A DNA stretch of 41,790 nt, from positions 19,101,812 through 19,143,601 of the forward strand of contig NC_068990.1 in NCBI RefSeq assembly GCF_001194135.2, written 5' to 3'. Within the stretch, counting starts at the first letter, position 1; each line of letters starts with the position of its first letter. This DNA is from Octopus bimaculoides (taxonomy: Eukaryota). The notes beneath the pieces were generated by a model. It was not told the origin of the DNA. It searched no databases and saw nothing but the letters and a program-made list of their open reading frames with translations. A program made the position numbers and the translations under genes. Positions 1 through 12,603 of this stretch are shown here, in pieces.

Positions 1-13
1 AGGCAAACACACA

Positions 14-60
<47 letters not shown>

Positions 61-686
61 TTAATAAACTGTCAAAATACAATACATACCTGATTGCTTG
101 AAAGAGGATACATCACTCACTATATTTAAACACGCACGGAGAATATAGGAAACATATTACTTCACATATATATATGTATGCATTTTACAAGCGGGGTGAC
201 TGTTTCAAGGAAATATGTTTCATATATTCTCCGTGCCTCTCTAAATATAGTGTGAGATACGTGGTTTTTTTGAGTGTTTTAACTCCTCTTTCAAGCAAAC
301 CGGTACATACCGTACCCTGGCGTTTTATTATATATTTCGTTTATTTGAATTATGTTTGCTGGCAACTTTATCATTATTTTTATAGACAATGATAACTTAT
401 TTGAATTNNNNNNNNNNNNNNNNNNNNNNNNNNNNNNNNNNNNNNNNNNNNNNNNNNNNNNNNNNNNNNNNNNNNNNNNNNNNNNNNNNNNNNNNNNNNN
501 NNNNNNNNNNNNNNNNNNNNNNNNNNNNNNNNNNNNNNNNNNNNNNNNNNNNNNNNNNNNNNNNNNNNNNNNNNNNNNNNNNNNNNNNNNNNNNNNNNNN
601 NNNNNNNNNNNNNNNNNNNNNNNNNNNNNNNNNNNNNNNNNNNNNNNNNNNNNNNNNNNNNNNNNNNNNNNNNNNNNNNNNNNNNN

Positions 687-719
<33 letters not shown>

Positions 720-904
720 CACACATATTTACATATATGCATGTATATGTGCGTTTCTACATATATATGTGTATCTGATCGAAAGGACTGTCCACATCCC
801 TTTCCAAGGTCATCGTGGCTGTTAGCAGTGAGTAAGTGACATTCGATAACAGAAAGGACGTCGAAATGCTTTCAAGTGCCTGGATTCAACAAAAGGCAGC
901 TGAT

Positions 905-995
905 ATGGCAGGTAGTGTTTATCTACCGGCAACAGGTCAAAAGTGCATGCAAAGTTGGCAGTGGCTGAATTCGAACTTGGAATGAATGCTGTAAT
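905..995 (-). mobile_element. Possible highly decayed SINE family C fragment
   Basis: Revcomp AAGTTCGAATTCAGCC...ACTTTGC...GATAAA loosely follows the family C core. Confidence 0.35.
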
Positions 996-1261
996 GAATC
1001 AGCGCAGGGAATGAAACAGTACAATAATCGTATCTTTTGTCAAATCCACATGCACCTGTGCGCATATTTCTATGCAAACACACACACACACAAGCACACT
1101 CTTACATAAACATACACACACATGCACAAGCACAAGTACATATTTATATTATAGAAAATAGATTAAAATCTGGAGTGTATCCTTAAGTCCGAAGGAATGC
1201 ACATGGTTATTTAAAATGAATATAATTTACTATGAATTCATTATACACATATCTACATTGA

Positions 1262-1466
1262 TTTCGAATTGGCACAAAGGGAGCACTTTTTAGTTGGAGG
1301 AGTAAGATCACTACATCAATCTCAGCGTTCAACAGGTATTTGTTTTATCGACCCAAAAAGAATGAAAGGTTAAACCAATCTCAGTGGAATTGGAAATCCC
1401 AATGTAGAGATTGACGAAATGCCACCAAGCATTTTGGTGCCAGGCGTACCAACGGTTCTGTTAGTT
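1262..1466 (-). mobile_element. SINE family C (diverged)
   Basis: Revcomp is collinear with 8040-8245 (CTTTCATTCTTTTTGGGTCGATAAAAC...TTGATGTAGTGATCTTACT...TTTGTGCCAATTCGAAA). Confidence 0.7.
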
Positions 1467-1475
1467 CACTTTAGT

Positions 1476-1511
1476 CGTATAAAAATCAATATTCGTATAA
1501 AAATCAATATT
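1476..1511. repeat. Perfect 18-bp tandem duplication beside a SINE end
   Basis: CGTATAAAAATCAATATT twice. Confidence 0.95.
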
Positions 1512-1655
1512 TATGTTCACGATTGTCCATGTTGAACGAACTGATTGTATCTACCGAATTATCGATAATACCATAAACTCCAATCTTTGATTTAACATAT
1601 GCACCGCCTCACACACATATTTGTGTATTTACATGTATGCGTGGATACACGCACG

Positions 1656-1707
<52 letters not shown>

Positions 1708-1769
1708 GCTTATATATGTATATACACGAACAAATTAGAGACACACACATGTATATGAATATGTGGGTG

Positions 1770-1985
1770 TATGCCTGTGTCTCCCACGACTGCTTGAGAA
1801 TCGGTGCTGTTTTGATTTTATGTCAGCGTAAGGTACTTGTTCGGTAAAAAGACAAACAGACATCAATAGAATAAGTACCAGGATTTAAATCATTAATTAC
1901 TGTGGGGGTGGTTCGTTTAACTAAAATTGTGTGAGGCGTCGTCCCTGCATGGCCTCAGTCTAATGACTACAACAAGTAAAAGATA
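1770..1985 (+). mobile_element. SINE family B 3' half (diverged)
   Basis: GAATAAGTACCAGG...GCATGGCCTCAGTCTAATGACTACAACAAGTAAAAG is homologous to 39745-39861. Confidence 0.7.
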
Positions 1986-2020
1986 CATGAACACAAATGT
2001 ACGTACATATGTATGCGTTA

Positions 2021-2071
<51 letters not shown>

Positions 2072-2173
2072 NNNNNNNNNNNNNNNNNNNNNNNNNNNNN
2101 NNNNNNNNNNNNNNNNNNNNNNNNNNNNNNNNNNNNNNNNNNNNNNNNNNNNNNNNNNNNNNNNNNNNNNNNN

Positions 2174-2206
<33 letters not shown>

Positions 2207-2208
<2 letters not shown>

Positions 2209-2545
2209 GGCGCTTGGCTCAGTGCTTAGAGTGTCAAGCTTACGATTGTGAGGTTGTAAGTTCGATTCGCGGACCAGGCTGCGTGTTGTGTTCTTGAGCA
2301 AGACACTTTATTTCACGTTGCTCCAGTTCACTCAGCTGTCGAGATGACTTGCGACGTCACTGGTGCCAACCTATATCGGCCTTTGCTTTTCCCTTGGATA
2401 ACAGCAGTGGCGTGCAGTGGGGAGGCATACTTGCATAAGCGACTGCTGGTCATCCGTAAACAACCTTACCCGGACTTGTACCTCGGAGGGTAACGTTCCA
2501 GGTGCAATCCTATGGTCATTCATGACCGAAGGGTATTACCGTTCT
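2207..2545 (+). mobile_element. tRNA-derived SINE, family A, near full length
   Basis: Pol III A box TGGCTCAGTGC (2215) and B box GTTCGATTC (2260), then CTTGAGCAAGACACTT. The body recurs at 19625-19793 and 35800-35940 on the minus strand. Confidence 0.88.
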
Positions 2546-5226
2546 CTCTATATATNNNNNNNNNNNNNNNNNNNNNNNNNNNNNNNNNNNNNNNNNNNNN
2601 NNNNNNNNNNNNNNNNNNNNNNNNNNNNNNNNNNNNNNNNNNNNNNNNNNNNNNNNNNNNNNNNNNNNNNNNNNNNNNNNNNNNNNNNNNNNNNNNNNNN
2701 NNNNNNNNNNNNNNNNNNNNNNNNNNNNNNNNNNNNNNNNGTGTGTGTATTTATCGTCTTTCTCTTTCACTCTATGTCCTTCCACTTTATTGACGAGTAG
2801 GAAATTCGCGTTGAACAATGGAAATCCAACGCAATTGAACTGTAATATTTTTAATATATGAAAGGGAAAATGGAAGTTCAGAAATATCAGGTCACTCGTC
2901 TCTCTTCGTGAAGCTGCCTATTCTCCTTCACATTCCAACTGAAAGTCTTAAGAAATGAAAAGTTAAAGACATACACCTTGCTACAAACTGGACCGAACAT
3001 TGTTACTCCTGCAGAATTCTTACACATAGACCAAGTTCAGGTAGCGCTGACTTGATAACATCCAAAAACGATAATAGCAACATTTGATTAGTTTATGAGT
3101 TTCGCGTTAAACTTAACATAAATAAATTGAACGTAAATATCTCACGAAATCCGAACACTAATTCAAATTTGAACTTCTACTTAGATTCACTTAAAACTAT
3201 CTATTTGGCATGAAATAAAGCATTTAAGGAATTAGTGCATCAATGTTTCAAATCTACGGAGGTAATGATTGAACGTAAATGATGCATTTGCATCATATAT
3301 TCAAACGATTAATCAAAATACCATTGGCAAATGAGCTCTTAATTCACAAGTGACTCAACTACAAGGAAATCTTAAATAGAAGGCAGCTTAAATCATTGAA
3401 CTATATTTATTAATAGGTTTTCATAATCAGGTAAATTTAGTATATCAGGAAAAAGTGAATGAATTTGTTTAAAATATACAGTTTGTAAATAAAACCACGC
3501 GATTCGCCAACTATTAGTTTATTAATATCTACATTGTCAACGCTATTCTGATTCTCAAAACAAATCGCATTTGAATATAGATATTTCTTGTTAGTGAGAA
3601 TAAATCTCAATTATAATGTGAACATTTAAATATTCACTCCATGAATCTAGGTAGACTAATGTCCATTGTTCAGTTGAATTTGAAATAAACAAGAACTGAT
3701 ATTTTGATGATTTTACGCTCAACTACTGAGGAATGGATCAAACCTTTGTTCGGCCTCCTCTGCAATGCCTTTCATATTACGTTGCTCCAAAATGGATACC
3801 AGCCAGCAGCTGGTGCAGTTCTCGAGATTTTTCCACGTGTGGTATTCTCTGTCAAAAGCGGAATAGTCAATAATACGTCAATATCTACTCTTGGCTACAT
3901 AGCATGTATAAGTGTCTAAAACAGTTACTGGGATCATTGTACAAGATACATCATGCTCACCTAAGCATTTTTCTATAGTTCCTATATCAACCAAACTTTC
4001 TCTTGAATTAAAATTCCTATAACACCAGAAACTTAAATGTGGATTGACAAATATTATTTGTTTTTCCATTTACGGGAATATTTAACTCTCAGGCATTTAA
4101 AGGTTATATTTCCAATAGAAATGGTTATTGATGTTACTTTTCTCGCTTACTTTTATAAGCAACATTTGGTGCTATGCTGTTATTGAATGTTACCTACGGT
4201 CATTATATGTGTATGTGTGACCACTAGATCACATTTAAATAATGAAGCAGTTATTATATGAATCGTTTTCTAACATCCGTGCAAGGCTATCTTTTTTTCT
4301 ATGAAAGTGGACAATCGATTAAATGGCATCAAATACAAGTCCGTAAATAAATTCATGAACTTCCGGGAGGATGAATAATAAAGACAAACCTTTAGACATT
4401 GCAATTCAGAACATCAAGTAATGGTACTAAATATTTGAATGACCGCTGTCTGCTACACAGCGACCATTATGATGCTAATCTAATGCTTACAATAAACAAC
4501 TACAATGAAAGCAACTAATACACGCTCGATTTGCCATCATTGTTTATATGACAGTGGCATGAACCATTGACAAATTTTAACTGTTAATTGTAATGTTTAT
4601 TTTAATGAAAGGTTTATATGGAATCTGAAAAGATATTTTGCTGATAAAAATGGTATATCATGCAATGCATTATCAACACCATTCAGTATATTCAGATTGA
4701 ATTTTCTTTTTAACTGAACCGGACAGGTCCACTATATTCCATTTTTCAAAATCCCATTTTTTCTTCAAATAAACCAAAAATTATTTCAAGCAACTTTTTT
4801 TTTCATTTTGAAGATGGTGAAGTGTGATTTAAGTCAAATTAGGTGCATTTTAGATGTTCCAACAACAAAATGTTTGTCATTTGCACGACTCCAGCACTGA
4901 AATTAAATAGATGTATAGTGCATATAGTATGTTGCAATGAATGAAGAATAAGTTTTGTATACATTTTGAAAAATTCCTTGTTTTCTAACTACAGCGATAT
5001 TAATTCAAAGAATTGCTCTTATTAGAAAAAATAAATTAAGGTCAGTATTGGAATCCATGTGCTGGAAGTCGTATTATAAATAGCAACGTTCATTTACGCA
5101 CACACAAACAAGTAAGCACACACGCACGCACACACACACACACAACCGCGCACACATGCACACACGTGTATTTATTAAAGGAAGTCGACATTATATATAT
5201 ATGCCGACTATGTGTATATATATATA

Positions 5227-6114
5227 CATGGTGCGGTGAATAAACTGTCTAAACTACACAAAACTGAAAATAACGTTGACATCTCATTTTAATAGATATA
5301 TTTACCAAAATTGCGTAACAATATCTTGAAATAATAAATAGTAAATTTATTCTATACAATCGCCATTGGCTCCAACCACGGCCTCCAGATGACTTCGGAA
5401 TCTCCTGCAACTCTTCTGGACGGTCCCCTTCTTTGTTGGTGAATGCTCCCATAATCCTTGCCTTCAGTTCATCTTTGGTGTTACAAGGAGTTTTGTTGGT
5501 CTCTCGGTCAACTGCGCCCCACACATAATAATCAAGGGGGATGCAGTCTGGGGCGTTAGGTGGCCAGATTTTAGAGGTGATGCGGTCACAGAAATTGTCT
5601 GGCAGCCATGACTGGGTTTCCCTGCTTGTGTGGCATGATGCACAGTCTTGTTACCAGATAAACCGTCATCCAGCAGCCACCGGCTTCACCCAGGCCAGCA
5701 TTACCTCCTCCAGGCACTTGATGTAGGCCTCCATTTTGAGTGTGAGCCTGCGTGGCAAGATGAACGGAAGCATAACGTCGCTTCCAGGGATTAGAATAGT
5801 GATCACTATCAAATACTATGATGTTCACTGGTTGTTTGATTTTTATCACTCTCGGTACATGTCCTCACAGTGCACTGTCCTCATATTCACACCCAAAAAC
5901 TCTGAAATATTCGTATTGGAGCGCCTGGTCCGAAAGCAAAACGGTACAGCATGTCGGTCCCAAATTTCTGGTAGAGTGAATCGCGTCATGGTGGTGTTTT
6001 TTCTCGCAGACGGTGCGTAACTGACCCTACTATACTATGTAGTCGAGAAAAAAAGAAGAAACAGTGCGCGAACTTAAAAGTATAAAATGGCGACAATATA
6101 CCCATCGCAACCTG
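5227..6114 (-). mobile_element. Internally deleted Tc1/mariner DD37D (maT-type) DNA transposon
   Basis: Degenerate ~24-bp TIRs (CATGGTGCGGTGAATAAACTGTCT at 5227; revcomp of 6091-6114 = CAGGTTGCGATGGGTATATTGTCG), each flanked by TA. Minus-strand transposase remnants lie between them. Confidence 0.9.
5347..5989 (-). pseudogene. DD37D transposase pseudogene (N-terminal ~40 aa fused to the catalytic C-half; stops and frameshifts)
   Basis: Hand translation: MTRFTLPEIWDRHAV...SEFLGVNMRTVH, then ...YIKCLEEVMLAWVKPVAAG*RFIW*QDCASCHTSRETQSWLPDNFCDRITSKIWPPNAPDCIPLDYYVWGAVDRETNKTPCNTKDELKARI... and, after a frameshift, RRFRSHLEAVVGANGDCIE*. There are 37 residues between catalytic D2 (QD) and D3 (PLD). 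Confidence 0.9.
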
Positions 6115-7180
6115 TATATATATATATATATATATATACACGTACATATATATACATGTACGCACACGTACATACATACGCATACGAATGACAAGACTAT
6201 GCATTGCTCTAATATTACTGCAGGCTTTAGTCTCCCGTTAGCTGCGCAACATAATTAGGAATGTGCTTCCCGATGAATAGCCCACAGACATATTTTGGTT
6301 TTGTATGCAAATAATGCTCGTTAGTGAAGAGATAATTTATGTCAATCAATAATTTTGATGCTTAAAACAGTAAAAAGACTATAAACTGCAATACTTTTCT
6401 TTCATTTCAAAACCACTTGTCTCCTTTCTTCTGATATAAACTGTTTTCAAGCTAGGCAACATGTATCTATAACCGAGTTGGATAAGTACACAACGTCATA
6501 AAATATTCGTGGTTAGGAAATTATTTTTTGGTTTTCTTTATAAAAAAAAAACAACAAAAAGCCAAAAACGATCCTTGATTTTCCTTTTTATAATTTCTTT
6601 GTTTATTGCTTCTCACGCACGTAACGTGAACGGCAATTAACGTGAATATTTTCCCTATTTTCTCTCTTTTATATTCACTTCGCATAATCAAATTACAAAC
6701 ATAATGATGTTAATAATAAAATCGATTGCGACTTTGAATTTCTGCAGCAAAGTTATTTCATCAAACAGTGATGAGGCACATTTTTGAAAACAACAAAAGC
6801 AACAAAAACGACGTCAAGTATAACACCACCACCACCACCACCAAGAACAACAACAACGACAACAACATAATTCCATATTTTGACAATATCATTTAATTTT
6901 TTCATTATAAAAGAGATAATTCAATATGTACGTTTTCTCTCCCTATGTCTATATTTTTCGAAAGAAAAGGAAGAGAAAATGTTTTGCAGATCGAAGCAAA
7001 AGTACATTTTTTCGGAGTACTTCAGATAATTTATACAAATATCCATAATTAAAATTAAAAGATTAGACAATTTTTTTTCAGATACTTGAACTTTATAGTC
7101 CTGTCTGAAGAAACTATGTTCAAACAATACACACACACACACACACACATTTATATAGACGTACATATACGCAAAACAAA

Positions 7181-7430
7181 ACAGTTATCAAGCGGACGTG
7201 GGACACAAATACAAAGAAACGCACCGACTCACACACACTGCTACATGCACATATATAAGTATACGACGTGCTTTTTATTTCAGTTTCCGTCTTGTAAATC
7301 TAATCCTTAAGCTTTGGTCAGACCGGGGCAATATGAGAAGATATTATGAGAACGTGCCACGCAGTGAGATTGAACATGAAATGATGTTGTTGGGAAATAA
7401 GTATCTTATCACACAGCCATGCCTGTGCCA
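7181..7430 (-). mobile_element. SINE family B, older copy
   Basis: Revcomp GGCACAGGCATGGCTGTGTGATAAG...CTCACTGCGTGGCAC...GACGGAAACTGAAAT, collinear with the 39481-39642 and 19960-20266 copies. Confidence 0.75.
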
Positions 7431-8039
7431 ATAAATCTATATGTGGTAAAGGTGTCAATCGAACACGCTACTCCATTCATGTTGAAATTATATCAAGTTA
7501 CATTTATAAACAATTTGACATTAAATTGAAGGATTACTAAATATTTTTTAGCAGCTTTCGTATATATTTACATATACCAGGAAAAGTTTAACACTGATTT
7601 CGTTGTTTCGGCTTGCTTGCCGTTCTCATTTTCTCTTATGTCAGCAAGGCAGCCGGCTCTTCCAAATCTTGGTCAGCCTCTCCTTAAAAGTTAATACATA
7701 CATAGACATGTAAGTAAATATATAACGGGACTATGATTTGGTGTAATATATTTGTAGGCTTTTCCGTTTATCTATGTTCTATAATAAAATTATTTTATAT
7801 AGCATAATTATACATAAAATTTAATATCAGAATGTTATTTATCTATGGTCTATAATATAAGTCGATAAATGCTAGGAAGAAAATTATTCAGCTATGCTAG
7901 ATTTTGTCCGTAATTTTAGTTAATAAAATAAACGTACATTTATCACCAAATAATAGGACAGCAAATTTTCATGAATATCTACATTGCTGAAACACAAACC
8001 TTTTAAATTTTAATGTCTTGTCACATTTTAAGGCAATGA

Positions 8040-8245
8040 GCTCAACAGAACAATTAGCCCGTCGGGCAAAATGCTCAACACGCCGGGCATCGCGTTCGTC
8101 TTTATGTTCTAAGTTCACATTCTTCCAAGGCCGCATTTGCCTTCCATGTTTTCGAAATCGATAAAGTACCAGCTGAGTACTTCGGCCGCTGTAATCGACT
8201 TACCCTTACCCTAAACCTGCTGGTCTCATGCCAAAATTTGAAAAT
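8040..8245 (+). mobile_element. SINE family C
   Basis: CGGGCAAAATGCT...TTTATGTTCTAAGTTCACATTC...TTTGCCTTCCAT...GATAAAGTACCAGCTGAGTACT...TGTAATCGACTT...TGCCAAAATTTGAAA; recurs at least five times in the window. Confidence 0.8.
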
Positions 8246-9215
8246 AATATCATATCACATTCTATCCTACGTACTTAGTAAACTACACGACGTATAGAAT
8301 ATTGCTCACAACATTATTCTCCATAATATATTAGATGCTATAGAAAGTTCAATAACATGTAGTTTTCTGTAAAACAATATCAGCGTTCATTAACAAAAGA
8401 AATCAATATTTTGGATACAAAGAGAATTTTTACTTTGCTGAAGCTAAAAAATCTATATTAATATTTCCTACTCGGGTTACAGAAATTATCTTAAGTTCAC
8501 GTACTTCGATATTTATTTTTCAACAAAGCAGCTACTTTGGTACGTGCCTCTATGTCTAGACCAGGAATAACATATGATATTAAATGAAAATTACGTATTG
8601 AATAGAGGCGCCTATAAGATATTCACAATGGAAGTGTCATGTCTGTTAATGAGGGTAAGTACATTTCATTTAAATACATCAACAATGTTGCTTGAGGTGT
8701 TTACACCCAGATGTATTTTGCGGGACTCGTTTCTGCAATACTCAGTCTCTACATTCATCGGTTGTTTGTACAACAATCACAATTACTTCACCCTTGTGAC
8801 TATTGTGGTACATTTATTTGGGTAATCGTCTGCGTAAAATAAGAACTAAATGTTCCTTAAAATATGTCCTACTATTTTAAATAACAAAAAGAAAATGAAG
8901 TAATGTATTCGTAACGGTAGAGAGCCGTGAAGATTACGGCGAGGACTAATTTGTTCTCATGACATGTCGCGCAGGGCTGACTCACAATGAAAAATCAAAC
9001 ACAATCTCGACTCTTAAAACTTGAGAGTCTCTTCATGGTCTCTATCTGACAAAAAATAGCACGCATATATAACTCAATGTGCTCACACTACTGGTATATA
9101 AACAGGGTAGACAAGGGATAAATGCACATATTTGAAGTTATTTTGGGTAATAACAGAAAATGTATAAATATATAATTACGCTACTATGTCGGATTATATA
9201 TAAAAAAGGTTTATA

Positions 9216-9255
<40 letters not shown>

Positions 9256-9565
9256 AGAATTCACAAAAAATAACAGACGAAGACAGGTGGTGTAGAAAAC
9301 AAATACATATATTAGTATAACGCTCGGGAATTGAAAAAGTCTATATNNNNNNNNNNNNNNNNNNNNNNNNNNNNNNNNNNNNNNNNNNNNNNNNNNNNNN
9401 NNNNNNNNNNNNNNNNNNNNNNNNNNNNNNNNNNNNNNNNNNNNNNNNNNNNNNNNNNNNNNNNNNNNNNNNNNNNNNNNNNNNNNNNNNNNNNNNNNNN
9501 NNNNNNNNNNNNNNNNNNNNNNNNNNNNNNNNNNNNNNNNNNNNNNNNNNNNNNNNNNNNNNNNN

Positions 9566-9607
<42 letters not shown>

Positions 9608-9950
9608 GCATGTAGTAGGAGTGCTGAAAAATTTTCTGAAAAACAGGAGAACCAGTTAATTATGATTTTATTCAACATATTCCTTTCTAGATTCAACTGT
9701 TTTTTCTAAACTCATAAAAGAACTCACAATATTTCAGCTCATCGTCGTATATGTATAAGCGCCTTCATAAAAAAAAAAAAGCTATATACACGGAAAAAAA
9801 TACATAAAGAAATGGAGAATAGGGGGAACATGAGAAAATAGACCAATGTAGCCATAAAAAGACGGTATGGTGCGAAAGGAACACATTTCATGAATATTCT
9901 TATAGATCAGAATTGAAACAAATGCAAATAAAAATTGCGATGCTTCGCAT

Positions 9951-10029
9951 ATTATTATGTAAGATGCAGAGAAGGGAAATAGTAACTCAGATTATTATGT
10001 AAGATGCAGAGAAGAGAAATACTAACTCA
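9951..10029. repeat. Tandem duplication, 40-bp period, 2 copies
   Basis: ATTATTATGTAAGATGCAGAGAAG(G/A)GAAATA(G/C)TAACTCA twice. Confidence 0.95.
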
Positions 10030-11341
10030 ATCTTTAAGTGAAGTAATACTTTGTGAGTATGTGATGCATTTAAGCACCTATGTTACTTAAAATAGGAGTG
10101 AGCGATATGCGTTACTTAATGAAATAGTGAATGCATTAATTGCATTAAGCAGAAAAAAAAAATATAATCATTTCTATATGGTGTATTATACTTCAATCAT
10201 CAGTGAAATTGTAATCATTTCTACTGGGGATATAATAACGCTCAGATATTTTCTTGACAATGATAATTACTGCACTTAACAAAAAAAAAAAAAAAAAAAA
10301 AAAATCAAACAAACAAAAAAAACAAAGACAAAAGAAACAAACGTGTAACAAAACATATTGATGTTTTGACTAATACACTTCGCTATTACAGACCAGAAAT
10401 AAAATATCGTCCTTTCATCATCATTTTGTTGATGATTATAAAAGACAGGCTGTAAATTATTGATAGCAATTAAGACTTAATTACATGTATTGCTCTCATA
10501 CCCGATCTGTGAATGCATATGCCGTTAAAAGTAATACTTACACACTGACACGGAGATATACAGCCACACAAAATATACACACGTTATATATGACGTGATG
10601 TGTACGTATGTATGTATACGTGTATATATATATATATATATATATNNNNNNNNNNNNNNNNNNNNNNNNNNNNNNNNNNNNNNNNNNNNNNNNNNNNNNN
10701 NNNNNNNNNNNNNNNNNNNNNNNNNNNNNNNNNNNNNNNNNNNNNNNNNNNNNNNNNNNNNNNNNNNNNNNNNNNNNNNNNNNNNNNNNNNNNNNNNNNN
10801 NNNNNNNNNNNNNNNNNNNNNNNNNNNNNNNNNNNNNNNNNNNNNNNNNNNNNNNNNNNNNNNNNNNNNNNNNNNNNNNNNNNNNNNNNNNNNNNNNNNN
10901 NNNNNNNNNNNNNNNNNNNNNNNNNNNNNNNNNNNNNNNNNNNNNNNNNNNNNNNNNNNNNNNNNNNNNNNNNNNNNNNNNNNNNNNNNNNNNNNNNNNN
11001 NNNNNNNNNNNNNNNNNNNNNNNNNNNNNNNNNNNNNNNNNNNNNNNNNNNNNNNNNNNNNNNNNNNNNNNNNNNNNNNNNNNNNNNNNNNNNNNNNNNN
11101 NNNNNNNNNNNNNNNNNNNNNNNNNNNNNNNNNNNNNNNNNNNNNNNNNNNNNNNNNNNNNNNNNNNNNNNNNNNNNNNNNNNNNNNNNNNNNNNNNNNN
11201 NNNNNNNNNNNNNNNNNNNNNNNNNNNNNNNNNNNNNNNNNNNNNNNNNNNNNNNNNNNNNNNNNNNNNNNNNNNNNNNNNNNNNNNNNNNNNNNNNNNN
11301 NNNNNNNNNNNNNNNNNNNNNNNNNNNNNNNNNNNNNNNNN

Positions 11342-11705
11342 ATAGCGAGGGACATTCCACAGTTGAATTAGAACAGTCACAAACAGTGAAAGAAGACATG
11401 CACCCAACACCAGAGCTGAAGACACCTCCGAAAGGGGGTGGCCCCGCCACGTCAAAACGGTAGAGGAGTAGGGGCCGAAACCGGACGTGGTTCCTCCTGA
11501 TGATGTCTTGAGCTAACTGGATCCTATAAAGGAGCTGTTGTGGTAGCAGACCACGAAACATGGTTGAAATTCCTCCTATATAAGGTTGAGGAAGGTATTG
11601 GATTTAACCAAACCCAAGAGGATACAGGTAATACCGAGTAAGTGTTGTATACCGACTAGCTTGCCCCAGTCGTTGTATGAACAGGATTGGGTATTACAAG
11701 TCGGG
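11342..11705 (+). ncRNA. Structured GC-rich island with two sets of hammerhead-like core motifs (degenerate)
   Basis: CTGAAGA 11416, GAAAC 11477, CTGATGA 11497, GAAAC 11555. Both GAAAC are directly preceded by perfect G-C-closed helices (GGCCCC/GGGGCC; GTGGT/ACCAC). TTCCTC (11491) is complementary to GAGGAA (11588), which follows GTT. Confidence 0.45.
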
Positions 11706-12543
11706 TATATATATATACGTATACACACATATATGTACATGCGTGTGTATATGTATATATACGATTATATATGTGTGTGAGCCTATATACGCACGCACGC
11801 GCACACACGCAGAAACAGTCACACACACACATCTATAATTAATAGCGACAAAAACAGTATTAATACCAAAGGGCAATTTTTACATATAACCTAACATAAA
11901 TGTGATATTAGAACACCGAACATTGCATTATTCATTTTGGCAGGACCTCTCATATAGACACATGGTACATAAAAGCACACATATTTATAACGTTGACATA
12001 ATCGTCTGTTACGGACTCCGTAACTACCAGCTCACGTGATTTCACCCTGCTCGTGCTCATCAGTCAGTGAAAGGCGTGCGGTAGGCATATAAGAGCCGAA
12101 TCCCACTGTCAAATTTATATAGATTTTCGGTGGTTTTTCAGGTACTGGTATCGCAAATAGACAATAGGCTTAGTTAAAATAAATTGATAACCACAGAAAC
12201 TGATTGGTTAAAAAGATATTCTAAAAATTCAGCTTGCTGGTGCGTTCTAAGAGGTACTAAAGTTGTCAAGTAAAACACATTTGAAATCTGATGATTACAT
12301 TACGTATGAGAGCGCTATGAACATTACAGGATATATCCTAAATGTTTCGACGCACCTAGACGAGGTAGTTGAGTAGGGGTCATCCGTACGTGCGATATAA
12401 TAGTTGTATTGTAAACAAGCCTAGAATATATATGCTACACGTATTACATACGAGTATCCTAATATTTTGCACATACATGCAAATCTACGACCATATATCA
12501 ATCATCCTGTAACACAAGAGAATCACCTTACACAGATACATAC

Positions 12544-12603
<60 letters not shown>

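Noticed and set aside
2207-2300. tRNA gene
   Set aside because: The A/B boxes belong to a SINE head that continues into a repeated body; no complete cloverleaf.
12001-12070. Minus-strand CUGAUGAG...GAAA-UCACGUGA, hammerhead-like
   Set aside because: Helix II is only 1-2 bp, there is no NUH in register and no helix I complement.
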